This document shows, piece after piece, positions 1-11,090 of a stretch of DNA of 43,934 bases. Positions within the stretch are counted from its first letter, which is position 1, and each line of letters begins with the position of its first letter. The notes under the pieces are model-generated. The model saw only the letters and a list, made by a program, of their open reading frames with translations, searched no databases and had not been told where the DNA came from. Origin of the DNA: Hyphochytrium catenoides (Eukaryota > Protista > Hyphochytriomycota); the NCBI GenBank assembly GCA_900088475.1, contig FLMG01003765.1:1-43934 (forward strand), given 5' to 3'. The position numbers and the translations under genes were made by a program.

Positions 1-673
1 CCCTCTCCTGGCTTTCAAGCGCACACCTCTCTCCCACTCGTCTGTCTTCTGCTCACTTGCGTGCTGCAACTGAGCAGCAAGGTGCACAGCTACACCGTGA
101 TGCAGCATGTACCGTATCTTCTGCTCATTCTCTCCTTCTGGATGATGGCCGTCATCCTCTTCACCATGACTAGCTTTCCTCGCTTCATGCAGTCAACCGG
201 CAACCCGTTCCTATGTGTTGGTTCAGGAGGAGAGTCGTCTCCTCCCGTCTGTCACCGGCTGCATACTGCCTATGTGGCAGCACTTGTCGGTAGGAAGAGC
301 TTCATCATCTCGCTCGTCTCTTGAACCATTACGAACTGGTTCTCTCTCTCTCTTCCACGTCTTCCTCTTGCCTACTGAACTGTGGAGGAACCTTTCAGCT
401 TCGTTAGATCGGCCTTAAGGTCCTCTCTCTGCAGTTCATCGGTTGCCATCTTGCTCCTATGGTCTTTCTTCATTCTTTAACTCTTTATTCTTGACGCTGC
501 GTACTTTAGACCTGTCTCTCCTTCGAGTTTACTTATGCTTTCTTCACACATCCGCAGGGGCAGTGGTAGCGACGTACTCTCAGACGCAAGTCTCGCTGTA
601 TTGTCTCCAGAGAGTGGTTGTCATGGCCATGAGGGTCCGCAGCGGAGAGCTAGGGAACTGGGCAAGTGCGTGA
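1..673 (+). CDS. Small multi-pass membrane protein, 5' truncated by the window edge; paralog of 1802..2844. Exons <1..289, 558..673
   Basis: Frame 1 reads ..LPLVCLLLTCVLQLSSKVHSYTVMQHVPYLLLILSFWMMAVILFTMTSFPRFMQSTGNPFLC..AALV. A phase-1 intron follows (GTAGG..CGCAG), then GAVVATYSQTQVSLYCLQR..ASA*. It aligns colinearly with the next gene. Confidence 0.7.
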
Positions 674-1801
674 CCCTGCTTCTTGGCGCTGTAGGGCCGT
701 GGAATAAGCAGACGTCCAGAAGGGCAATCCTCTCCTCGCGAAGGGTTATAGGGCTGGTGCAAGCGTATGACCGACGAGGACGGTGGTCGCCAAGAGCCTC
801 GTCAGGCAGAGGGGGTGGAGTGGCAAGCCACAAAGAAGCGAGATGGAAGCCGGTCCAAAAGGAGGGTGGTGCCATGCCAATCTCAGAGGTTACCGTTAGG
901 CTTTGCGGTTGCCCATTCCCTCAAGGACTATCCCACTTTCTCTCTTATTCAATCAGCATATCTCCGGCATACCTTCTAAGGATCAGGGAGCATCGAGTGT
1001 CATTCCAAGCAAGGCATCAGGATCATTGGTTGCAGCATAGGACGCTACCGCTGAGCTTCACGGTCTGCCCTGTGGCATAATTGAGCATGGGAGAGGCTAT
1101 TGGCTTCTGTATGTTAGACCTGTGCCTGCTAGCCTGCAGCTTGAGGCCTCAGGCTCCACTGCCTCGCCTTGAGCTCCGTCCCGCTCCTTTCCTTGTGAAC
1201 CTCGAAGCATCGCCTTACGCAGCTCCTCTCTCTACCTTCCCAGGCCCATCCTGCCTGCTGCTGCAGCTCCACTTTCCCTTCTATACTATAATGATAAAGG
1301 CTCAGAAGCCCGTCATCTAACCTCTTTTTAGACAAAAAGCGAGATTCTTAGGCTAAAGCTAAAGTATATCCAAGCTCCAAAGTACTGTAAGTAAAGTTCT
1401 TCAGGTTACCGATGAACAAACAGACCAGGCTAAACCTAAGTTAATGATTTAGTCAGGGATATATCTGTAGTTCAGCCTTATATTGCGACAATTGTAGGTT
1501 CAGTGCCGCAAAAAGGAGGGAAAATCCGTTGAGGAAAAGAGATTTTCTAGGCGATGAAAGCTCTTGAAGACCCGTGAAGATCTCTGGTTGAAGCTCCATC
1601 AGAAGCTCCGCAAGCTGCTTTCGAGCCGCCTATCCTCCGTCTCAGAAGTGTAGAGCGGCCGTCAGGGCGCTGGGGACGAAGCGCGTGGTCCAGTTCTGCT
1701 AATGACCTGCACATAGCTTGATGATATAAGTGTGATCTTCTAGGGCGGAGGATCGGGTCAACTATTGATTATAGTTCGAGCAGGCAGAGGAGTGGCAGGC
1801 A

Positions 1802-2844
1802 ATGCAGACAGATAACCCTTGGTTGCGGAATATTCAGAGAGAAGAGCACGAGAGGGCGACCTACGGGGCAGTCATCGCTATCCTTGGCCAGTGCATCAAC
1901 TTCTATGGTGTCTTCGGCTTCATCCAGACGGTGGTGGAGATGCGCAGGATGGACCACGCCGACGATGGTAAGCGCTTTTCTGCCTCTACTGCTTAAGATT
2001 CACCAGACGGGGTATGCCTCTTGCGCTTCATGCCTTGTTTGGCCGTTCTGCAGTGTTTACAGCCTCTTGAAGCTCTACCCTTTGTTGCCTATCTTGTTCG
2101 TTAGCGCTGACATCTTTCCTCTGTCAACAGGCATCAAACCTCTGATGGCTCTTCACGTGGCTGCCGTCCTTCCCTTCCTTGCTCTCTCTCTCACCTGCCT
2201 AAACTACCTCGCCAACAAACTCAATAACTTTGTCCTCCTCTCCTACTTCCCATACTTCCTCCTTCTGCTTACCTTCTGGCAGCTCTCGTCACTCGTCTTC
2301 TCTATGTCTTCATACACCCAGTTCATGTTCTCCACTGGAAATGCCTTTCTCTGTCTAGCAGACGGGCCAGGGAAGCTGCCTATAGCCTGTAAGGACGCGG
2401 AGTACTTCTATTTGAATGCTGTTCTAGGTACGCCGCACCTTCTCCTATCTGTATGCTACGTCCTTTCCCTTCGTTATCCATTTCTCTCTCTCTCTCTCTC
2501 TCTCTCTGTGTCTCTCTCATTCAGCTCTTTCATTTATCCATTCTCTCTCTCTCAATCTCACGCTTCTTTTCTCTGTCTCCCTCTCTGCGTCCCTCTCTGT
2601 CTGTCACACTCTCTGTTTCTCTCTTTCTGTATGTGTGTCTAGCTGCCCTTGTCTGTCTTTGCCTCTATTTTCAATCTGTCTCTATGGGGCCTCACATCGA
2701 GTCTTCTTGGTCGTAAGTGGATGCCTGTCTCCTTATCACTGCACTGCTGACCCGTCCTCTGTGGTTCCAGGTGCGCTAGTAAGCTCCTTTAGTCAAACCC
2801 AGATAGCTCTTTCCTCCTTGAGACGAGCTGCTCGGGCTCTTTGA
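1802..2844 (+). CDS. Small multi-pass membrane protein of unknown family, 178 aa; join(1802..1967,2131..2427,2771..2844)
   Basis: ATG at 1802. GT-AG introns give a continuous 537-nt frame with about 3-4 hydrophobic segments. PYFLLLLTFW..STGNAFLC and GALVSSFSQTQIAL match the upstream paralog. Confidence 0.75.
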
Positions 2845-3690
2845 AGACCATGCGAGTGAAGGCTAAAGCTAGGACTGCACCTGTCGCGACAATAGAATAG
2901 TTGAGGCACATAGTGGCTTCTATCTCTGTGTGCCCTCTCTTCTCTTTCCTACTAAGGGAGACAGAAAGGTGGACATTGCAAAGAGAAGAGGATCAGCCGA
3001 ATTGGCGCGGAAGAAATCAGAGATGACAGAGCTCAACAACCAGTCTCGGGCCACAGCGGGAGGAACAGCAGCCGCCTTCTCTTCCTTCCGCCTCCACCCT
3101 ATAAGCGCTGCCACTGGGCAAAGAGGAGACCTTAGGATGCCAAAGACCGAGCCACCCTTTCCTTCCCTGTTCCCCAGAGATGATGCCTGGCACAGCCGGA
3201 TCGCGGCGACAGTCAGAAAAAGTTAAGAGCTTCACTTCTACCTCAGACGTGCACTGAAGCGAGGAAAAAGACAGTCTCAGCCGCCGCGAAGCCAGAAGAA
3301 CAGACTCATCATAGCCTTTGTGGGGGCTGAGACAAAGAGAGAGAGAAGAAAGAGAGAGACAGAGAGAGAGGGAGGATGGCGAAAGAGCCCCAACGAGGAT
3401 AAGAAACTCGCATGGGGTGGCAGCGTGCAGGGAAGGGATAATGATGCTATCAATGACTTTATTACAGAGACTCCGACCCTTTCGCCAGATATTAACAATA
3501 TTTATGAGAAAAGAAGTAGGAAGTTGACCGGAAACGCTTGATGGCTGGCTGATAGAGAGACGAGAAAGAGAGAGACACTGTGGCCGCATCGCGCCTTGAC
3601 CTCAGATAAATAACTGAACACAGTCTCAACCCTGGGGTCGGTAGGTGGGCGAGACACTGACGGAAAAGAGAAAACAACGCGTGGCATGTG

Positions 3691-4884
3691 TTATCGGGCG
3701 TGAGGTACTGATACAGGGTGTCTGCTGTTATGAGAGAAGGTGGCAGATGACGGGCGTAGCACACTCTCTCTCTCATTGTACTCCTCATAGAGAGTAGGGC
3801 GAGGCCAGGCAGAAGAGAAAGGATGGTTTCTGAAGAGAGAAGAGCTGGAGGAAGAAGCTCTGCGGATGGCTTGATAAGCCTGGGTAGAGATGGCATCGAG
3901 ACTGATTGCCCCGCTCATGGCCAGGAGAGACTCCTTCAATGTCGCGTCGTCCAGAGACAACTCTAAGAGAGAGAGGCAGCCTGGATCGCACCTCTGCGAT
4001 GGATGAAAGGTAGGGATAGGAGTCAGAAGAACTAGAGAAAGTGGTCTACAATGCGGAAGAGAACAACCATTGCTTACCTGCAGCTGTCTATCCAGCAGTG
4101 ATGGCTCCGTCGTGCCCCAGAGACTTTCTAACTCGCAGATCCTTCGTCCGCTAGCCCCCGTGGGACTTAGAGACGGCAGGTGATAGCGCTGTGGGGTCTG
4201 CCAAGTCAGTGTACGTGGGAGAGAGTGAGAGAGAATCTTCAAGGAGAAAGGGTAGAGATCGAGAGAGAGAGGTGTGAACAGAGAAGATAGAGAGAGCCTT
4301 AGAGAGAGAGGAAATAAGGAAGAGAGACGGAGTAAGACAGCCGGAAGCGTCTAGAGAAGGGAGAGCGACAGTGGAGAGACCGGCTGACGTTACCTCGAAT
4401 TCTTGCCCTTCTACGTGCTTCTCTTTCTGCTCCGCTCCTGTCTTACTCAGAAGCAAAAGGTCTTCTCCCCTTATTCCCCTTTCTCCCCCTTCCTCCCAGG
4501 TCAGGAGGTAATCTGTCTCGCTGAGACTCGTCAGTGTGGAGCCTGAGAAGCTTGGAAGAACGCGCTGTCCTCCGATCCCTTCTGTCTCCAGAGCTGCTCC
4601 GTCTGGGTCCTTTCTCTCTCTCCAAGTGTCTGTTACTGCTCTCTTCCTGTGGGCTAGCTTCACCTGCTGCTTCTCCGCCTCTGAGAGAGAGGCTTCAGCG
4701 TACAATCTCTCTCTCTCTTTATCCTGCACAGAGCGGTGATGTGAGAGAATAGAAGAGAGAGTGCTCGTTCTAGAGTTTGAGACAGGACACCTTGCGTGAG
4801 AGACGGAGACGGGAAGAAGCTGGAAGAGATCGAGAGGGAGAGACAGGGAGAGGGAGAGCGAAGACTATGCGCGGAAGGAGGGAG

Positions 4885-4920
<36 letters not shown>

Positions 4921-6106
4921 GAGGTAGGGAACACACGGACCTGTTCGGCAGGTCGGAGAGTGATAGTTAGGCTCTCTTGGTCTTCAGCAATGGAGTCGTC
5001 TCCAGCTTCTGTCTCTCTTTCCCGGTTTTCTGTGGCTCTCTTTTCTTTAACTAGAAAGTGGATGGGAGAGACTTCGAAGAGGCTCTGCAGCAGGCGCTTG
5101 TGCTGAGTCCCAGTGGCGCCGCCGCCCCCTAAGGAGCGCTGACGGACAACAGCGTCGTTGCCCTGAAATAAAGGTTATAAGCACATCGACAATGGACAAG
5201 CAAACAAGCAGAAACGTTCACCTACTGTCTCTTCTTTCTCTCCCTTTCTTTCTATGACTTTCACTCTCTGCACCAGTGTCTGTCCCCAACTCCTCCACCT
5301 GGTCTCGTCTTGTGGATTTACGCTCTTCTCTCTCTCTCTCCCTCTCTCACGTTCTCGTTCTCCTTCCCCTCTCCTGCTGTCTCTCTTTCGTTTTCAGGCC
5401 TTGTCCTCTTTGGACATATTCCGTTATCTCTCTGACATTCTCTCTCTGTCTCTCTCTCTTTTTCTCGTCCTCTGTTTCCGGTAATTCTCTTCTCTCTCTG
5501 TCTGTTGTCACTAAGGCTTTCTGTCCTACATCGTCTCACCTCGGTATCCTGGGAGCATAACTTAGGCGTAGAGCCCTGACACGGGTCGATAGTGGAAGGA
5601 CGAGTGGTCGTGATCGCTCTGAAGCGGCGCTTACGAGATGGACGGCTCTCCCCTCCTTCATTACTTTCTCTCTCTTTGTCTTCGTCTTCTCTCTCTTTCC
5701 TGGGAGGAGAGCAACCGTCGATTGTCTTCTCTTGCGAGAAGTAGGGAGGTTGCCCAGGGCCAGGGAGATCGAGAGAAGGACGATTAAAGGAGAGAGAGCT
5801 TTCTGAAGAAGGAGACTCCGGTGAGGTTGTACGCGGAGATACAGAGAGAGAAGACGATGTCATAGACGCTTTCCTCTCTGGGTCTCTCTTCTCTGTCTTG
5901 AGGGATGAGGAGGATTGAGAGACAGCTTCCTGGGACGAGGAGGTTAAAGGAAAGGTGCCCGGAGGGAGAATCGAAGCGAGTTCAGCCTCATAGCGGGCTT
6001 GCCATTTTTTTCTCATCGAGGAGTTCCATCGGTTCTTGACGGCATTTTCAGACCTAAGAGATGGAGAATTAGGAAAGAAAAAAGACAGAGACAGAGAGAG
6101 AGACAG

Positions 6107-6143
<37 letters not shown>

Positions 6144-7431
6144 GAGAGAAGCATGAGGGCAGTGCAACTGCAAGGTGCAATGGCCGCAGAGGAATGAAGA
6201 GGACCAAGAGAGAAGGGGAAGAGATAAATGAAAGAGAAAGAGAGAGGCATAGAGCAGTCGCGATGGGTAGTATTGAAGGAAGTATAGCCCGTTGCGCCAT
6301 ACCTTCCTTTCAGACACTTGGCTATCTCGCACCATCGGTTGCCTAGAATAGATAGAAAACGTTCATGGAGAGATACATATCGAGCGAGAGCGAGAAAGAG
6401 AGAGAGAGAAAAAGAAGAGAGAGAGAGAGAGAAAGGAGAGAGAGAGGGAGAGAGAGAAAAGAGAAAGAGAGAATCTAAATATACTTAAACGGCCAAGAGC
6501 GAAACAAAGAGAAAGGCAACAGTGACAAGAGAAAGACTAGAGATAACCAGGAATATAATCCCTTAGAGAGAGATTGAAAGAGAGTGACAGAGAGCAAGAA
6601 AGCACCGGACGCGCCAGCTCCAGCAGAGCGCGGAGAGTCTGCATTACCTAGCTTGGACTGCGCAAGAATGAGAGTCTTGTCCTCTTCTTCTGTCCATCTA
6701 CCTTTCTTGATATTGGGATCCAAGTGATTGAACCACCGCTCCCGACACTGCTTCCCTATCCTGCCTGGGATCTTCGCGGCTATCTCTGACCACTTCGTCA
6801 CTCCGCTCTCTATGCACTGGACAATGCAATCATCCTCTTCCTTTGTCCAGGGACCCTTTACTAGGCCGGGCCTAAGCACCTAAGGAACGGAGATCAAAGA
6901 AAGAGGCAAGAGCCAGTGATATGAGCGGTTGAGCGGGAGAGAGGAACTAACGTCAGAGTCGAGCAGGACAGACGTCAGGACGAGAGATGAGCGGAAAGAG
7001 GGAGGAGAGACTGAAGGTAAAAGCTGAGAAATCACCTTCTGCCAGCGATGTAGGCACTGGACATCGCTTCTCTTCCCAGCAAGAAACTCCTCAGAGATTC
7101 TCTTCCAGTTCCTGGCACCAATAGCTGCCACCGCTTCCCGAAGAAGATTATCCTCTTCAGGGCTCCACTTCCCTCCTCCCGCACCTCCTCGTCCGTCTCC
7201 ACCTTCCTCCTTGCCAGACTCCGGCAGGGACAAGTCTGAGAGAAGACAAAGGAAACCCGTTCGCGATGAGCTAACAAGGAGAATTGTCACGAGGTAATGG
7301 GAGAAGCAGAAGAGAGAAACAGAGTAACAAAGCAACTTCCCTATTACGCGGAGGGAAGAAGAGAGAGAAAAGCTAGGGAAGAAGAGAGAGAAAAGCTAGG
7401 GAACCATAAAGAGAGAGTAGGAGAGCGAAGA

Positions 7432-7465
<34 letters not shown>

Positions 7466-7827
7466 AAAGATGAGCGGCGGAGTATTGAGAGATGGAGAGA
7501 GAGAGAGGGAGACCGCGAGACAAAGAAAGAGAGTGCGCTCCTAAGTGAATGCAAAGGTGCCCAACTTACCCTCGCTTTTGCGTTTCTTAGAGGATCGTTG
7601 CTGGCACTTCTGCTCTTCCTCTGCGAAAGGAAGGCGGAAGCACAGGGGAGAGAGGTTAGAGAGAAGGTTCCGTGGACCTTGAGTCAGCCAAAGGCTTTAC
7701 TGCCTGCACACTCATAGAGGAAGAAGAGAGAGAGAGAGAGAGGTAATAGAGGGATCTTACGCTCTTTGGTCCTCCGTGCCTTCCCTTTAGCGCTCTTGGC
7801 TCTCTTGCTCGTGGAAAGCGAGCTCAT
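3691..7827 (-). CDS. MYB3R: Three-repeat (R1R2R3) MYB transcription factor, ~705 aa; exons 7827-7761, 7620-7570, 7235-7036, 6879-6648, 6342-6303, 6053-5540, 5162-4941, 4723-4394, 4236-4078, 3993-3691
   Basis: R1 is GKWSPEEDNLL..RSDVQCLHRWQKVL. R2 is KGPWTKEED..RIGKQCRERWFNHLDP. R3 is [39 protein letters not shown]. Ten GT-AG exons stay in frame (2118 nt). The C-terminal exons are less certain than the MYB repeats. Confidence 0.9.
7352..7403. repeat. 23-bp tandem duplication (AGGGAAGAAGAGAGAGAAAAGCT x2 plus partial) in a MYB intron
   Basis: Exact repeat read directly from the sequence. Confidence 0.85.
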
Positions 7828-8779
7828 GTTCCGTGGCAGCGGAGAGTCTAGGCAGTTAAGGCATGACCCTTCTTTAAAGCAATAGACGACCGGTCAGGGT
7901 ACCACGCCCTCGAAGTAAGAGTTCTATTGAACAGAGAGAGGTTGTGCGCGGGGAGAGAGAAAGAGAGAGAGAGAGACCAAGATTAAAGCCGTCGGAGCTT
8001 TGTTGGCCTTGTCTCTTTGGCTTGACAAGTGCTAGTCGTAGCCTTCACTTCGTGCTCTCTTTCTCAAAGTCGTCCAGCTGCCGTAGGAATCACTCAATGT
8101 AAAGAGGAGAGAGATTAACGGACTGCTCACAGAGCAGGAGAGAGACCCGTCGGTAGGAGAAAAAGAAGCTATCTCTTCGGTCTCTCCTTCGCTAGTCCTC
8201 CTCCTGCTTCTCTGTTCTACGAACAGGCTCTTCTCATGTTACCGTTCTCCATCAGGGAAAGGAAAGGAACAGAGATGTAACCAAGCATCAGACGTCGAAA
8301 GGAGTTGCGCAGTGGTGACACGAGAGGGAGAGGAAAAAGAGGGGATCAAAGTGTGAGAGGAGAGAGCGTAGGGTGGTGGAGGCTTAGGAAAAGTAACCGC
8401 GAAGAAGGGGCGAGAAGAGAAAAAATGAGAGTCGAGAAAAAAGAGGAGACATAGTTTTGGAGCAAGCGAAGCCAGCGAGGGAAGAGAAGGCGAACGACTA
8501 GAGAGGGAGAGAACAAATGAAAGCGAAAAGAGAGAGAAAGGAGAGAGAGAGAGAGAAAGAGAGTCCGAGAGAGAGAAAGAGAGTCTGTGAGAGAGAGAGA
8601 AAGGGAGTCAGAGAGCGAGAGCGAGAGAGCCTTCGAGCGAGAGAGAGCGAGAGAGTGAGTGACAGAGAGAGAGAGAGAGAGAGANNNNNNNNNNNNNNNN
8701 NNNNNNNNNNNNNNNNNNNNNNNNNNNNNNNNAGAGAGAGAGGTCCAAGAAGCGAAAGGACACACTTCCCTCTCTCCAT

Positions 8780-9400
8780 GTTTGCCCAGGTCACTGGGCC
8801 CAACCCTCGCCGGCATATTATTGGGTAGTAAAGAGGTAAATTGGCCTTCTACGCTGCTTTCAATGGCCTACGTTCGGACAAGAACACACAAGCAGTCTGC
8901 CAACCTCTACTTGGAATTATTACTATCTGAGGCAGTATACTTCAAACTGCATAGCTACTCACTGGCCAGGTATTACTACTCCGCCTTCTTGAGGAGTTTG
9001 ACTCGAAGAAGAGAATCTCCAATGGTCACTTCTGAGTCACTGACATTTCGAACCGGGTCCGCTATATTCTTGATAGTAGGCTTTAATCGTCCATAGATGC
9101 AGAATTCTCACACAAAGAGGTTGGTCCCCCTTCCATGCTTCTGGTTTCTTTTCTTCCTTTTCTTGTCCCGTCTTCTACACTGTTGGCTGATAGATATTAC
9201 CCATGCTGTCACCGGCGGCAGTGATGATCTCACCATAATTCAATACTTCTTGCCCATCATCATCCTCGTTATAGAATCTTAGTATCTCGTACAGTGAAGA
9301 GATGGCCTCAAATATCGCGCAGCATGGTTCGACGATCATCACCATCATCAACTTTTCACGAGTGATAATAATAATAGCAGGATATGATGTTGTTGCCAAC
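8780..9400 (-). mobile_element. Possible highly decayed DNA-transposon (hAT-like) relic
   Basis: A stop-interrupted minus frame reads K*RLADCLCVLVRT*AIESSVEGQFTSL, which resembles the hAT C-terminal motif (..LA..L..PA.SA.VER.FS). It lies in intergenic DNA between divergent genes. Confidence 0.25.
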
Positions 9401-11090
9401 GGCCGCCGTCCATTCGTCGTTTCTCCTATAAAGCCATTATAAATGCCAGTTGCAGCGGCCTATTGTGGTCTGTCTGCCCAGCCAGCAGACGGTAAGAACA
9501 CCTTCTCGTCTATCGGCCTGCCTACTCTAAAAATCCGCTGCTATATTTTGTCTACAAGGTTACTCTTTCTTTGTAAGGCAATAAGAAGTATTAGAAGCTT
9601 TCCTAATTCAAAAAAGCTTAAAGCAAGCTACCTGGGCCCGTTCATCGCACCCCATCTTTGCGTATTTATTGTATGGCAACGAGAGAGTCAGTAGCGGCTA
9701 GTGTAGTTGTTAGTAGTCCATAAGATGCTCCCCCTTCGAAGGATATCGAGCAAGAAAAAGTCAGACACCACCTAAGGTTCAGCTTTCTCTAGTATGCACA
9801 ATTGGTGGTCGGCAGATGATCAGCTGCACCAGCAGAGAAGAAGAGAAGATGGTGAATCTTGAAAAAGTAAGAGGTGATAATGATGATGCATGCCGAAGAA
9901 GAACAGCTCTTAGTAGTAGTATCAGGCCTTACCTGGGATGACAGCAAAGTGATAGTGGAGGACATCAACAAGGGAAGAAGATAATGAAGAAAGAAGAAGA
10001 AGACGGCGGAAGATATGTGGCGATGTGGGAAGAATGGAGAATGAAGGGGAAAAGAAGGCACAACCAATGCAAGGAGGAGGAAGAAGAAGAGCAGGGAAGA
10101 GAACCTTTGGTAGAATCAACAACAGTCAGTAATCAAATCACTATGGAGATCAAACTGCTGTCCTATCAGTTATCGAAACTTAACAGCTTTTTATTCTGAC
10201 ACTTTTCGAGCGGTTGACCCTCGATGAAGACTAATGTTCTAAGCACAATGCACCCACCTAAACGTGTGTCAGTGTGGTGAGAGAGGCACAGAGGCCCTTC
10301 AGACAGCGGCTCACAGCACTTTTTGGGTGTGAACAGTAGGATGGCAGCAGCTGCAAGACAGAGTCAGAGCATGAGAGACAGAGCAGTTGTGAGATGTGGG
10401 GGTGGCAGTGTTCAGCCCCTATAGAATGACAGACAGAGCAATGCAGTGTTTAGAGTGATAAGCTAGAAGAGGCTGGGGAAAGCCCAGAGAATGAGCGGGC
10501 AGACAGAGTGAAGCCGCTTGAGCTTTCTAGGGCTAGACATGCACATAGAGAGAGAAAGAGGAGGAGAGAGAGAGAGAGAGAGAGAGAGAGNNNNNNNNNN
10601 NNAGAGAGAGAGAGAAAGTGGCCCAGCGAACGAATCAGCTTCCTCATCCGAAGGTGCGGCAGGTTCCTTGTGCGTCTGAGCGGTAGCATCTCACTGAAGA
10701 GCGAGAGTCATCGCAGCGCCGCGGCATCTGAAGCTTTACAGACGCAAGAGCCGCGTGCAAATCTCTCTGGTTAGCGCTCGGAGGCGAGGGCGCAAGAAGT
10801 GGTAACTGTGGCGCGCGCTGCCTTCTTGGAAGGAGGAGCTAAGTAGAGCGACGAGAGAAGAAAGGTGATCACAACGAGAGAGAGACAAGGAGGGAGAGAG
10901 TGTGAGTGGGAGCATCAAGGAAGCCGGCCCATCGTTCTCCCATTAGTGAGTTCATAGGGAGAAAGATAGCGCCTGTAAGCCGGAAAGGAAAGGAGTCAGG
11001 CTATCACCGCATTCCGCTTCCTTGTGAAGAGTCTCTGTGTCCTTCTCCAGTTTTTCCTCTTGCTGCTGGGCCGCTGTGCGCTTGGAAACT

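Noticed and set aside
535-1335. 181-aa ORF and neighbouring ORFs between the two membrane paralogs
   Set aside because: No recognisable motif or consistent splice model, and the ORF overlaps the last exon of gene 1 in another frame.
3017-3690. Possible further MYB 3' exons or a separate gene
   Set aside because: Candidate acceptors exist (e.g. near 3255), but the MYB frame already closes at 3691 and no supporting motif was found.
4777-8828. Many ORFs rich in RERERE or LSLSLS (also around 10450-10774, 15048-16135, 25515-25820 and 39408-39976)
   Set aside because: These are translations of (GA)n/(CT)n microsatellites in introns and spacers, not proteins.
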